A DNA stretch of 61,859 bases, filler included, from Rhabdomonas costata (taxonomy: Eukaryota): assembly GCA_019059605.1 (NCBI GenBank). It is 15 parts of 15 records of this genome, joined end to end, with 100 filler letters (N's around TTAATTAATTAA, not from the genome) between each part and the next. Parts side by side here need not be neighbours in the genome. Positions count along the whole stretch, not along the records: positions 1 to 4,048 come from JAHMHO010000394.1; positions 4,149 to 8,182 come from JAHMHO010000395.1; positions 8,283 to 12,338 come from JAHMHO010000396.1; 12 more parts are not named here. One strand, given 5' to 3'. Numbering within the stretch: position 1 is the first letter of the stretch; every line of letters starts with the position of its first letter. The position numbers and the translations under genes were made by a program. The notes under the pieces were generated by a model, which saw only the letters and a list, made by a program, of their open reading frames with translations, had not been told where the DNA came from and did no database searches. Below are positions 1-11,330 of this stretch, in pieces.

Positions 1-1094
1 TGTGTGGTCCCTCCTGGAGAATTATTCAAACAATCAGTAGTTGCTTGAATAATTCTCCAGGAGGGACTACACACTACAACTCACGGAACATTCATACAAC
101 CTCCTGCACGTGCACAATAGGTGTGTGACTTCTGTGCGGTATCCTGTCCTGTTTTTTTTCAGCCGGCCTATCTCAAACTTTTTGAAGGATGCCTGAAACA
201 GGACCCAATTGAAGATATGGAAGCCGCACTGCTAACACGAAAGAGGCTGTGATCTGTTCCCAGCGTACCGGTGGAAACTGATTGTCAGAAATGGCCAGTG
301 GTTGATCGCGGTTAGCCAGCGGCAAGCTCCTGACGGTGATGCACGCGCACGATCAAAGTAAACCGGGGTAGTTGATCCGCAGCGATAGCACACCTAAGAT
401 GACATTGCCGGTTTACCAACGCGCATGCTCCTTGTGGTACATGTGGAAGGAAAGCGAAAACCAGCTCAAGGTGTCATAGCGTGCCCACTGAGGATGGACC
501 ATTACCCCAAAAGAAACGTTGCCGCTAAGATCTACTGTCGACTTCAGCAGCTCTTCGCGGGACAAGTGATTTCCAGGGGGGGGGGTGCCGCCACTGTGTT
601 CGCCAGCACGGCAACACACGGAGGGGATCCTTCCTCCACACTGACCTGAACTCGACTGCGGTTTTTACACCTTTCATTCCGCGTTGTACCGTTGTTTTCT
701 CTCTAGTTTCTAATTACCATTCTATATCATGTACTACATACCCATACAATAATACAGCCATGACACCTCACCTGTTTTTCATAAATAAGTACACTGCCCA
801 GAGAATAGTGGAAGTGGCCCCAATCATCCTTCTGCGCAGGGTTCTCTGGTTCTATACGTTCGGCAACCCGCTAGTCCTTCCCAAGGATTGGGTCATGGTG
901 ACATGGATCATGAGTGACCAGTTGACACTCCAGCAGCCTCAGGGACAAGAAATCAGTTGGCCACCGAAGCTGCGAGAGTGGTCACTTGAAGAACTGTTTA
1001 TTGAAGCGTTTGGTTTTCTGTTTTCTCCAGCAAGTGTTCCCCTTCTTTCTTTCGAGTTATGACTCCTGCAACATGCAAGTTCCCTTTGGGGACG

Positions 1095-3795
1095 ATGCTG
1101 ACTAGGTCGCTGCTTACATTGCTGGTAGCAGGTCTTCTCTTTGTTCCGGGGGGTGCTGGGCAGTCTGCGACGAATTGCCCAAGTGTGTTGTGCGACGGCT
1201 TCGGATCTTCCGAGGGTGTGGCTTGTACCTCTGGCTCGACTGCACTGAGACTGAACNNNNNNNNNNNNNNNNNNNNNNNNNNNNNNNNNNNNNNNNNNNN
1301 NNNNNNNNNNNNNNNNNNNNNNNNNNNNNNNNNNNNNNNNNNNNNNNNNNNNNNNNNNNNNNNNNNNNNNNNNNNNNNNNNNNNNNNNNNNNNNNNNNNN
1401 NNNNNNNNNNNNNNNNNNNNNNNNNNNNNNNNNNNNNNNNNNNNNNNNNNNNNNNNNNNNNNNNNNNNNNNNNNNNNNNNNNNNNNNNNNNNNNNNNNNN
1501 NNNNNNNNNNNNNNNNNNNNNNNNNNNNNNNNNNNNNNNNNNNNNNNNNNNNNNNNNNNNNNNNNNNNNNNNNNNNNNNNNNNNNNNNNNNNNNNNNNNN
1601 NNNNNNNNNNNNNNNNNNNNNNNNNNNNNNNNNNNNNNNNNNNNNNNNNNNNNNNNNNNNNNNNNNNNNNNNNNNNNNNNNNNNNNNNNNNNNNNNNNNN
1701 NNNNNNNNNNNNNNNNNNNNCGTGGTTGCCTTACGTACTTACTTCTTAAAATACTACTACTATATACAAAAGTGATGTTAATTTCAATTGACCCAATTAA
1801 GCCCAAACTCACTTGGCGAATTATCACAAACTCATCATATGATCTTAAAGAATAATTTCACGGCACTGCGGCACAGGCACCAGAGTGCGGGAAGAGTGCA
1901 ACACTAAAAACAAACAATTTACAGGTTTTGAGACTGTTTGACTGTTTGGGTTTTGGTTAGAAACGGTTCTGCGCGAAGCGGGAGTTAATCCCCCCCCCCC
2001 CACCTTGCCCTGCTCAGCCCCCCTGAGGTTTATTGGGTAAGAGGCCTCCGCAGGGCGCTTGCGCTTTGGGGGGCCGTGGTGAGTGGGTTCTGTGAAAGGA
2101 ACCGCGAAATGCACGTCCAGGTGTATCTGCGTCATTCAGTGTGATGAAGGAAAATGCCCAGCCGTTTTTGTAAGCAAATGCTGTCGAAAAGTCAGCTGTG
2201 GACCACGCGCAAATGCAACCCATGTGGTGGTGGTGGGGCTCTGATGGATTTTATCCGTGTGGCGGAGAGGATGGCCTATGGAAAGCCTGCGTAGCCTGGT
2301 CATGGCCTCAGGTTCGTGACCAGTCATATTTCGCCGAACCTGTTTTGTGATTGCAGGTAATGTGCAACGTGTCCGGGACTCCGAGCTTGGAGTGGGCACT
2401 GAAGAACTGCACTTCCCCTGGCGGCATGAACGGCACCCTGAACCTGAGAAATTACATTGCATTTTATGCAAATTACTGCCGGTCTGCGCAATCAGTGCTG
2501 CCACCGCGGTTTTGGCCTTTTCACTGCGGTCACTCAGCCCCACTGGAAGTGCCCATTCCTTTTATTTCATTTTCCCACTTTTTTCAGTCTTCCGGGTGGG
2601 ATCGTCACCTGTGTTTGCAGATCCAGCGGTGCTGCATATTGCCCGATAGTGGACAAGTTTTCTGCGGTGACGTTGCGGCAGCAGGTTTCAAATATGCCCC
2701 AGCACCCTCCGCGTTTTGTTACCTCCCTTTTTCACGACGAAATGTGTCTCAAGTTTTTTTTGTTGAGGTCGCGTGTTGCTCACCATCCTTTCTGAAACAC
2801 AGGCACCTCTTGTTGCTAGCTGCTACGGAATGGTTGTGCAGATGTTCATCGGCTCCGTATTCATTGACGCCATGCCGTACACTGGAGATGGGTTGAAGCA
2901 GGTTATACCCTGAGAATGGGCCGGGTGTTAGTCCTTTCAACCGTCTTTTGTGGGATGTTATACCCTTCCCCTTTATTGTGGTCTTCCCCCCCTCTGCCAA
3001 CCCACACTTGGAATGGGTGAACGGTCTTGTTTTTCAACTTACTTCCCCCTCTGTTTTCTTTGGTGTATACCCCCCCCCTTTATTTTCATCCCCAATTGTG
3101 CTGTTTGTTGTTCATGCCGTTGTCCGAGCAGGTTTTTCTTGTGGGGTAACAAACAGGCCTGAATGTTTTAAAACTAAAGGAGTTTAGAACAGGTTTAAAA
3201 GGAATAAATGCAACTCTCCCCTTTGTCCTTCACTTTCCTTTTTCCCAATCTCTGTTATCTACTGTGTGTCTTCGTGTGCCTGTCGCTGCAACAAGCATGC
3301 AAATCTTTTTGTGCACTTCAGCGCACATTTGTTCGCATCAACCTTAATGCTATCTCTTCATCTCTCTTTAAACGCTCTGGTTTTTGTACGTCTTACTTTT
3401 TTTTGCGTTTTAAACATTTCGAATTTCTCGTATTGCGGTGCGCCTCCGGAATCACTGCCTGCCGCTGCTTATGCGTTTTCCCTCAGTGTGTGTCGACGTC
3501 AAACCCTCTGGGTCGTGCTTATGCCAGCATGACGCTCTTCAACGTCACTGTTAACGGAGGCAATCTAACGGTATAGTGGGGGAGAGTGGGGTGGGAGCAG
3601 GCAAGAGGGTTGCGGAACGGCGAGTTTGTTTGGACGTGCTTCGAAGAAAGGGGAGGGGATGTGGTCTCTCGCCCGCACCTGAGTATCTTTCATTTCCATC
3701 CAGGCTTGGCATTCACTTCTGCGTCGGATTGCTATGTGTGTTTCGATGGCTGGATACCCCAAGACAAGTTCCTAGCGTTTTACAAGCAATGTTGA
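1095..3795 (+). CDS. Putative secreted/surface Cys-containing protein, multi-exon, interrupted by a gap
   Basis: Signal-peptide-like MLTRSLLTLLVAGLLFVPGGAG followed by QSATNCPSVLCDG. Further exon-like pieces follow AG acceptors (VMCNVSGTPSLEWALKNCTSPGG near 2357; GLAFTSASDCYVCFDGW near 3704). Exon joining is uncertain and no family was recognised. Confidence 0.3.
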
Positions 3796-4048
3796 CATAG
3801 ATGGTTGCGCTAAGGTTGACTTAAATGCGATGTCGGTTGCTGAGCGGCGGTACAGACCGAAACGCGGAGTCGGCTGAGCCTCTGTGCTGTACCACATTGC
3901 CTGCCACTCTTGTTCTGGATATCTGCTATTTCACACACAACCTCTGAACATCAGCGGGCGTACGATGTACCAGGGCACAGGGTTTGTCCCGACTTGCGAC
4001 GGGGGCGGGGTATGTCAGCTGGACGCCTCCCTGCCATGAAACACCCCC

Positions 4049-4148
4049 NNNNNNNNNNNNNNNNNNNNNNNNNNNNNNNNNNNNNNNNNNNNTTAATTAA
4101 TTAANNNNNNNNNNNNNNNNNNNNNNNNNNNNNNNNNNNNNNNNNNNN
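4049..4148. other. Artificial contig spacer (N-run + TTAATTAATTAA + N-run); 14 such spacers split the window into 15 contigs
   Basis: The same ~100-nt spacer starts at about 4049, 8183, 12339, 16474, 20610, 24741, 28874, 33004, 37131, 41251, 45373, 49490, 53635 and 57753. Contigs are all ~4.0 kb. Plain internal scaffold gaps lie at 1257-1720 and 10908-10973. Confidence 0.98.
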
Positions 4149-4162
4149 TTTTTGGGGTCTAG

Positions 4163-5993
4163 CCCTGCGGGAGTACCAGCACATCGGCCTGGATTGGCTG
4201 GTCACCCTGCACGGGAAGAACCTCAACGGGATCCTTGCGGACGAGATGGGCCTAGGTCTCAGGGAGAGCCTATGAGGGTGGTGGTGGTAGTGCTGCTCCT
4301 GTTGGGTTTTCCCTGCTGTGGATTAATAGATCCATATGTTTTGTCGTCTCCCTTCGTTTTCTATGGCAATGCCACAGCCATCGCTCCAGGATTTTATCTG
4401 TGCCAGCGTTTGCAATTTATTTATCGGGTGTCACCTTGGCTGCGAAACTGCGAAACTTGAGCGTGGCTGCCCTTGCAAGCTGATCGTCTTCGTTCTTCGG
4501 AAGCTCACGGGGGCCGGGGCCCCTGGAGATGTTTCAGGTTGTGATGGATGATGGATGATGCCCATCATTGGTAATGCAACCGTCTCCCGGATGGATCCTG
4601 CTGACATGCATTTAATGAGACTCCTGACAATGCGAATGTGTCCGAAAATTGTAGCAATGTTCCTTACCGTGGTTTCCTTGCAGGGAAAACGGTGATGGCG
4701 ATTGCTCTGCTGGCCCACCTGGCCGCCGAAGAAGAGATCTGGGGGCCTCACCTGATCATTGTCCCCACCAGCGTGCTCCTGAACTGGGAGATCGAGCTGA
4801 AGCGGTGGTGCCCCTCCCTGAAAGTCCTGACGTACTACGGCAGCCGGGCCCACCGCGAGAACCTGCGCAAAGGGTGGGGCCGGGCCCACGCCTTCCACGT
4901 CTGCGTCGCCAGCTACAACGTCGTCCTCAGCGACGCCGCGGCGTTTCGGCGGCGGAGGTGGGCGTACCTCATCCTGGACGAGGCCCATTACATTAAGAAC
5001 TGGCGCAGCAAGAAGTGGCAGACCCTGCTGACGTTTCACTCCACCCACAGGTGAACCGAACTGCCATCTCAGACCCATGACATCCCTTTCTCCAACCACT
5101 TAGTTCGCTTGTGCATCTCAGTCTGTGCGAACTGTTGATAGCCTTGGCTGCAACCACTCCAAAAACGACAGCTCCCAATCCCAACTCCAACCCTAACAGC
5201 CGAAACTTCCTAACTGCTGTTGGCGGTTGTCTTTCCCTCGCATGCATGCCCCGCCGACTGCTCTTTCTTCGCTCTGGCGAAGCGTGCTTTGCGGTCCTCT
5301 GAAAAAGGGCGATTAGCACTGCTTCCTTCGTTTCGGAGATAGAATGCGCCTCAGCTTCGCTCTTGAGAAAGAGCTTCTTGGGATGGTGAGAAACCAGCCC
5401 ATCGGTCACCCTAAACCCTACAGGGATCCTGTCCGTATTCTGTGCCCACTACCGCGGCCCCTGCTCCTTGCGCGGTGCTAAAATTCAGTGAGGAGCGATG
5501 GTGCCTCTTTGGACCGACCAAACATTTTATTTTCAGGCACCCCGATGCGCGCCGCCTTTTCCCCCCTCTCTCGTGGCCATCGCCCTTCAGGCTACTGCTG
5601 ACGGGAACCCCGCTGCAGAACCACCTGATGGAGCTGTGGTCGCTGCTGCACTTCCTGATGCCCGAGGCGGTGGCGTTTGAGTCCATGGCGGAGTTCCGGG
5701 CGTGGTTCAGCAACCCCGTCTCGGAGATGGTCACCGGGGCCCGGGAGCTCACCCCGGCCAACGAGGCCGTGGTGCACAAGCTGCACGCCGTGCTGCGGCC
5801 GTTCATCCTGCGCCGGCTGAAGAGGGACGTCGAGGCTCAGCTGCCGCGGAAGTACCACCACGTGCTGCGGTGCCCGCTGTCCACGCGGCAGAGAGTGCTC
5901 TACGACGATTTCATGACGCGAGCCAGCACCCGCCAGGCCCTTGCCCAGAACACTTACGTCGGGCTGGTGGGGGTGCTGATGGCCCTACGGAAG
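4163..5993 (+). CDS. SWR1: SWR1/SRCAP-family SNF2 chromatin-remodelling ATPase, partial (exons 4163-4255, 4684-5050, 5591-5993)
   Basis: Spliced translation [33 protein letters not shown]...[23 protein letters not shown]...[25 protein letters not shown]...[22 protein letters not shown] introns restore the frame. Confidence 0.95.
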
Positions 5994-7689
5994 GTCCCCC
6001 CCGTCCTTACACGCATACAGCGGTTGAGTTTTGTGGTCCCATCACAGGCCGATCCTAATGCCGATGTCGGTTCAAGGACCTCAACTTGAAGTCATCTGCC
6101 CTGCTTTAACTTCGGGCAATGTTCTGGAGCTGTTGAGCTGGTTTTACAATTCCAAACCTTTTTTCAAACCACAATATTTTTTTTGCTGGGCCCCAAAGCT
6201 TGCCGATCCTCCACCTCCTGCGGGTTACCAATCTGTTCGTTTCGCACCACGGGAACCAGCTGCTCCTCGGAATCCTCGTTCGAATACTGCTCAACTCAGA
6301 ATTCGCTCCATCTGCATCTTTCAGGCCCGAAGAAAGCGCAACTTTTAAGGATCAAAGTGGACGGGATTAGGAGCGCAAGTTCACGAGTCTTCTTCTGAAA
6401 CGATGGTTTGAGCCGCTGTAAGGGCCTCGGCATCAGCATGCCGTTCGCGCCCTCTTCAGTACCAGTACCTTGTGGCAACTTGGATGCATCATATTGCAAA
6501 GCACTGAGAACAGGCGACTTTTACGATTTGTACACCCCACAACGTCAGCATCACTGAGAGTCTCTCAGCCCCATACGGCGCGCGGTTGAGAGACCGTGTG
6601 CTAACTGCAATGCGTCCCCGTGGGAGTGTGGGGCTGGAACGGTGACCAATAGTCCTCTGACCGTTGGACAGATGATCACCACACACAAATTCGTCCGTAT
6701 TAAGACCGTGGCAGAGAATGACGTTCCCTCTTTTTGATTTCACAATATTATGCCCCGGCTTCTCTTGGCGCGTCACGTTGCTTGAGAATCTGACATAGGG
6801 GCACGTTTCAGCACCCCACAGTAGCTGAAAAGGACATTTCCATACATTTCCGGCGATTCTCATTTCTAAGGTGCGAAGGTGGTGCAAGTCTGATTTTGGA
6901 CCGCCAACAATCACGGTGAGCTTGTGCACCCATTATGTTCCCTGACCAAGAGAGTCATAACAGCGAATCGGGTGTTGTTTCGGGTGATTTCCTGAGAACC
7001 TGCTTTCTGGCTTGTCGGTTGGCGATACCGCTACAAGCGATGCCTGTTGAGTGGAAACTCGTGCATCACCAAAAGCAAACAACACAGCATCAGTGAAGGT
7101 CACCAGTCTTCGCTCCAATACTGGAAGTAAAAGGGTTACCCATCCCATTGGAAAAGCGCTACGTTTGCTGAAAAGCAAAAATTTACAAACATCACATTCC
7201 CGCCAATCCAGGCGTTCGCTTTCTTCCTGCTTTGCTGTTTTTAAATACACCTGTCGGGCAGGACTTGGCGGGCTTTGTTCAGTTTTCGGGATGTGTCTGT
7301 ACCTTTTTGGACGTTTGGACGTGGAATTCGCAGAAACCCGTTTCACGGTAGCTCTTCAGAGCCAATTGTGCTTCAACTTGTGCTTTGTCTCTTTCTCTGA
7401 AACTTCGATGTCTGCGTCACACGTATCTTTACTGTGGCCGTTGCAAGAGGGGGTCTCATTAAAGTATACTTTTTGAATAAACTCTTCACTGTTGGTATTC
7501 GGGTCCACGTTGTAGTGCAGTGTGTCGCATACACATGCTGCCATTTTTTCCCTGCGGGGTGCTGGTGCCCAAATACCCTTAGCTCATTTGAATTGAAAAA
7601 AGAGGCAGGAACCGAAAGTTTACGAAAGCTCCCAGCACCCACCAGTTAATGGGGTAGCACGGTCTCGAGGTAACCTCCGCGTAGGCGTA

Positions 7690-8058
7690 CGCAAGCCCTG
7701 GCGCAGCGCCAGGTTGTCTACTGCAGCCTTCACGGTGTCCTGCGACAGGCCGTGCATCGCTGCCCGGATGCGCTGCTTGAGTGCAGCGAGATAGGGGACC
7801 CTACTCCGGTACACCCCTGCCGTAATATGGGAGCCCCGGGCGAAAAGCTACCTCGTGGGGTTGTTCGGCCCCCCAAACCCTGCAGTTCTGCTTCACGACG
7901 CTCCCATCCAAGTGGAAGTGGGCCTCATCAGTCATTAAAAGACCCTTTCGGAACGAAGAAAGCCTACACTCTGACAGAAGCCAGCGGCAAAACCTCAGGC
8001 GTTTGGCATTATCCCCCCTGTGGGTCCGTTGGACCAGCTGAAGATTGTAGGGGAACAA
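7690..8058 (-). mobile_element. Internally deleted Tc1/mariner-superfamily transposase relic
   Basis: FPYNLQLVQ...KRLRFCRW...LMTDEAHFHLDGSVVKQNCRVWG (first catalytic D region), followed almost at once by the C-terminal VYRSRVPYLAALKQRIRAAM. The central catalytic part is missing. Confidence 0.8.
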
Positions 8059-10449
8059 GCGCAGCTGGTGTCTGATGGCACGGTGTACCGTGGTGCGGGG
8101 AACCCCTGTGCGGGCGCTGAGCCGGGAGCTGAGCCGTGGGCACAGGGGTTCCCCGCACCACGGTACACCGTGCCACCAACCCNNNNNNNNNNNNNNNNNN
8201 NNNNNNNNNNNNNNNNNNNNNNNNNNTTAATTAATTAANNNNNNNNNNNNNNNNNNNNNNNNNNNNNNNNNNNNNNNNNNNNACTATAACATTTATTGTG
8301 AGTAAAAACGGACTTAGATTTTGGCTTTGTTTTGACTTCTGAAAACAGACTGTGCTTAGTCTGGCGTCAAAATCCGAATGAATATGCAAATAGTTGCGGG
8401 TGCAGATGTCAACTGAAATTAATTAAAGATCAAGCGCTAAATCAACTGAAACTAGAGTATCGATTTAAAGCGCCTTGAACTGACTTTCACGTGGCAACGG
8501 CTTGCGGTGGTTAAGTTAAGCTAAGTAAGTTGACGTACATAAAGAGTACAAAGATTTGGTTAAATTTGTGGATAAAAATGTTGAATAATTGAGTAAATTT
8601 GTGATTATGTTTGGTTTCGAGGCGATTGGTTTTTTTGTGATGTGGTAACAAATCTGGTAGAACGGGTGAATTATGTGGAAATGTAGAGCAAGCGGCTAGA
8701 GTAAAAGTAACGAGTAAATTCATAGAGTTCTGCAGCATGCAATGAGTACCGTGGCATTATAGATGCCTGGGAGATTGAAAATTTGACATTTAATCACGTT
8801 ACATGACGTTTAGTAAACATGACCTAACCACTTCCGATGTAGTAGGAGGATACGTTTTCCAGCAGGCATGCAGTGCAATAAGATGAGTTGGGGTCTGCGT
8901 AATAGGTGACTTCCAAAAGAACGCCGATGGTTGTGTTGTGTGATGTATGCTCAGTGCTTCTGTCTGTATGTGGTATATCCTCTGTGTATTCTATGCTTTG
9001 CCATCATTTCCTGAAAAATGAGCAGCAAATAAATGACCCCCAGCTTATTTACAAGAAAGAAATGGTATTAAATGCCCCGCCAAAACATCTCTCCAAGCTC
9101 CTTCTGCTGCGCAACCACTCAAGCTCCGTAACTTTTCTAAAGTCTCCAAGCTCCATTTAAATCTTTTTAAAGTGGTGTTTACTATCGAATTTCTACTCAA
9201 GCGCTATCTTAAGCGAAAACAAGAGAGCAAAAGGTCACGTATTCAGTCAAACTAAACCTGCACATGACAACAGCAGCAAAGTGTGTCTTTAGCAGTTGGT
9301 TTCTGTACACAGTCGACATCGCATCGTTAAAGAACTTCATCAACATTTTCAAAGCCTAACGCTGCCTCATCCACATCCTCTTCCATAAAGTACATTGGCA
9401 ACATGTTATCAAGGGGTAGCATGCAAACTATCACAACTCATCAATTTATTCTTGTGGACAGTTCTCAACTTCATTTTCTCCTCTAATTTACAATTAAACT
9501 GGCGTTATTTGCAGATTCTCTCCCACTGATACTTTCAAGTCCATTTGCTCGTCCTCCAGCTATTCTGGAACCAACTCCGGGTGTTTTTGTCGAATATTGC
9601 ATATATTGCATATAGATTACTTTCTATATAATCATCACTTCCGGGAATGAAACTAGTTTACCGCCATTGCGTACTCTCCGCAAAACTGGAGTTTTTGTAA
9701 ACATTGTGCTTTTTGAACCATATTCTGGTTCCTATTCCGATTAGTTCTCTCTGCTACTTCTAGGCAACCTCGCAGACCACTAAGAAACGTAAGTTAGAAA
9801 TAACTGACTGTACATCCACTCAAGATCCTCTAACTTTTTTGGATTAACTTCCTGTTATCTTGTTAGAAACTCTCTGCCATTCGCAGCTTCTGTATCCACT
9901 CGTGGAAACTCTTGCTCCTCCGTTATTACGGGCCCTCCTAGGGATATATCATCGTCACATCCTTCTTATTCCTATCCTCATTATTCACAACCACTGTCAT
10001 CTTCCGGAAGCCTCCAGACTGGATCCAACACTCTCGTTTCGTATGGAATCAAGTCACATGCATGAAAAAGAGGATGATATCTTCCTCAAATTTCCTTTGA
10101 AATGTCCAGCACAATCCGTTCTTTGTCATAAGATTGACATTTGAAAATATTCCCGTTTTTTGGGTGAGCTTTTCTCAACTAGTACTACTACTACAACTAT
10201 TTGTTACTGCTCATTACGCATAAGCGCATCTCAGTGTCTTTCATACCGTTTTTATCCCATTGTAAAGCTGAAACGTCATCCATCAGTGTTGTTAAGACTG
10301 CCTCTCTCCGTGCTGATTTTTACCAGCTGGCAGGTTATACAGTACGACTCTGCCGCTTGGAGTGCATGTACTTTCCATTTGAGCTACAGTCTTACAAATT
10401 GCACAACGGCTGCAGCCTTACGAATAACGGTAGCACAATGTGGACCGTA

Positions 10450-11330
10450 GTCTTTATTACTCGTAAAATTGCATTATACCAAGCCTAAACACCAAACTGA
10501 CAAAATGAGTCACAGCAATTCCTTCACCATTGTCCACTATAACCATCCGACGTTCATTTAAGTGGGACTGCTGCAATATCAACTTCATCACCACATCAAA
10601 ACGTGCAAAGAGTTTGACGCCACCTAATCCGTGAGCGCTCTCAACTGCTTCTGTAAAACAACCATTGGAAGGAAAGCAATGTTTGAGGCTGCGGCGTGTC
10701 TTTCACGTTCTCCAATAACACGTACCATTCTGTTTCCGTCTTTTCAAACGGTAGGACGAACATCGACTCTCCACTTTTTGCTCTCTTGCAACTTCGGCCC
10801 CGCACGGCATCCGTCATTGGGCATAGTGGGCATTACATAAACAACAGGCCCACTTTTTTAAGAACAGCCTGTTTAATAGAATCTTTCAAAACCACAAAGA
10901 AAACATCNNNNNNNNNNNNNNNNNNNNNNNNNNNNNNNNNNNNNNNNNNNNNNNNNNNNNNNNNNNNNNNNNNGGCCCACTTTTTTAAGAACAGCCTGTT
11001 TAATAGAATCTTTCAACACCACATGGAAAACATCCAAATGCTCTCCTTTACATGATCCTTCCGTATTGAACTACACACCACTCGCTGCGGAAGAACTGAG
11101 TGTTCACAGAAGCATGCCTGCTCAAGCTTTACCAGTTCCTTGGCAAATACAACTAGACAATAGCTGACAAATCCGCAAGCCTGACTGCACAAAGAGGTTT
11201 ATCCTCGACGACTCTCCATTCCTTTCCATTCCTCCAACCTGATCGCGAGATCCCCCAACTCAAATAGGGTATGCTGCACCTCCAGAAGCTTTGCATTTAA
11301 TGATGCCTCCAGAGTCATTGGTGTCAACTA
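10450..11330 (-). pseudogene. Possible highly decayed non-LTR retrotransposon reverse transcriptase
   Basis: Frameshifted remnants in the expected order: ...EEWK, GCRAG/RSC (cf. GFRxGRSC), SMFVLPFEK (cf. FIDFEKAFD), NGCFTEAVESAHGLGG...FDVVM (cf. NG..SE.F....GVRQG..LSP.LFN.V). Many stops; the contig is AT-rich and lacks exons. Confidence 0.35.

Noticed and set aside
1-73. Long inverted repeat at the start of contig 1
   Set aside because: It sits at the contig terminus with a G/T tail; most likely an amplification fold-back.
1059-1855. Long ORFs in the supplied track that span N runs
   Set aside because: Their length comes from translated gaps.
8076-8175. 36-bp perfect inverted repeat
   Set aside because: Contig-terminal fold-back followed by an A/C primer-like tail; not accepted as a transposon TIR or intron stem.
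10847-11016. ~43-bp direct repeat flanking an N gap
   Set aside because: Typical unmerged scaffold overlap or allelic duplication; not a CRISPR or element boundary.
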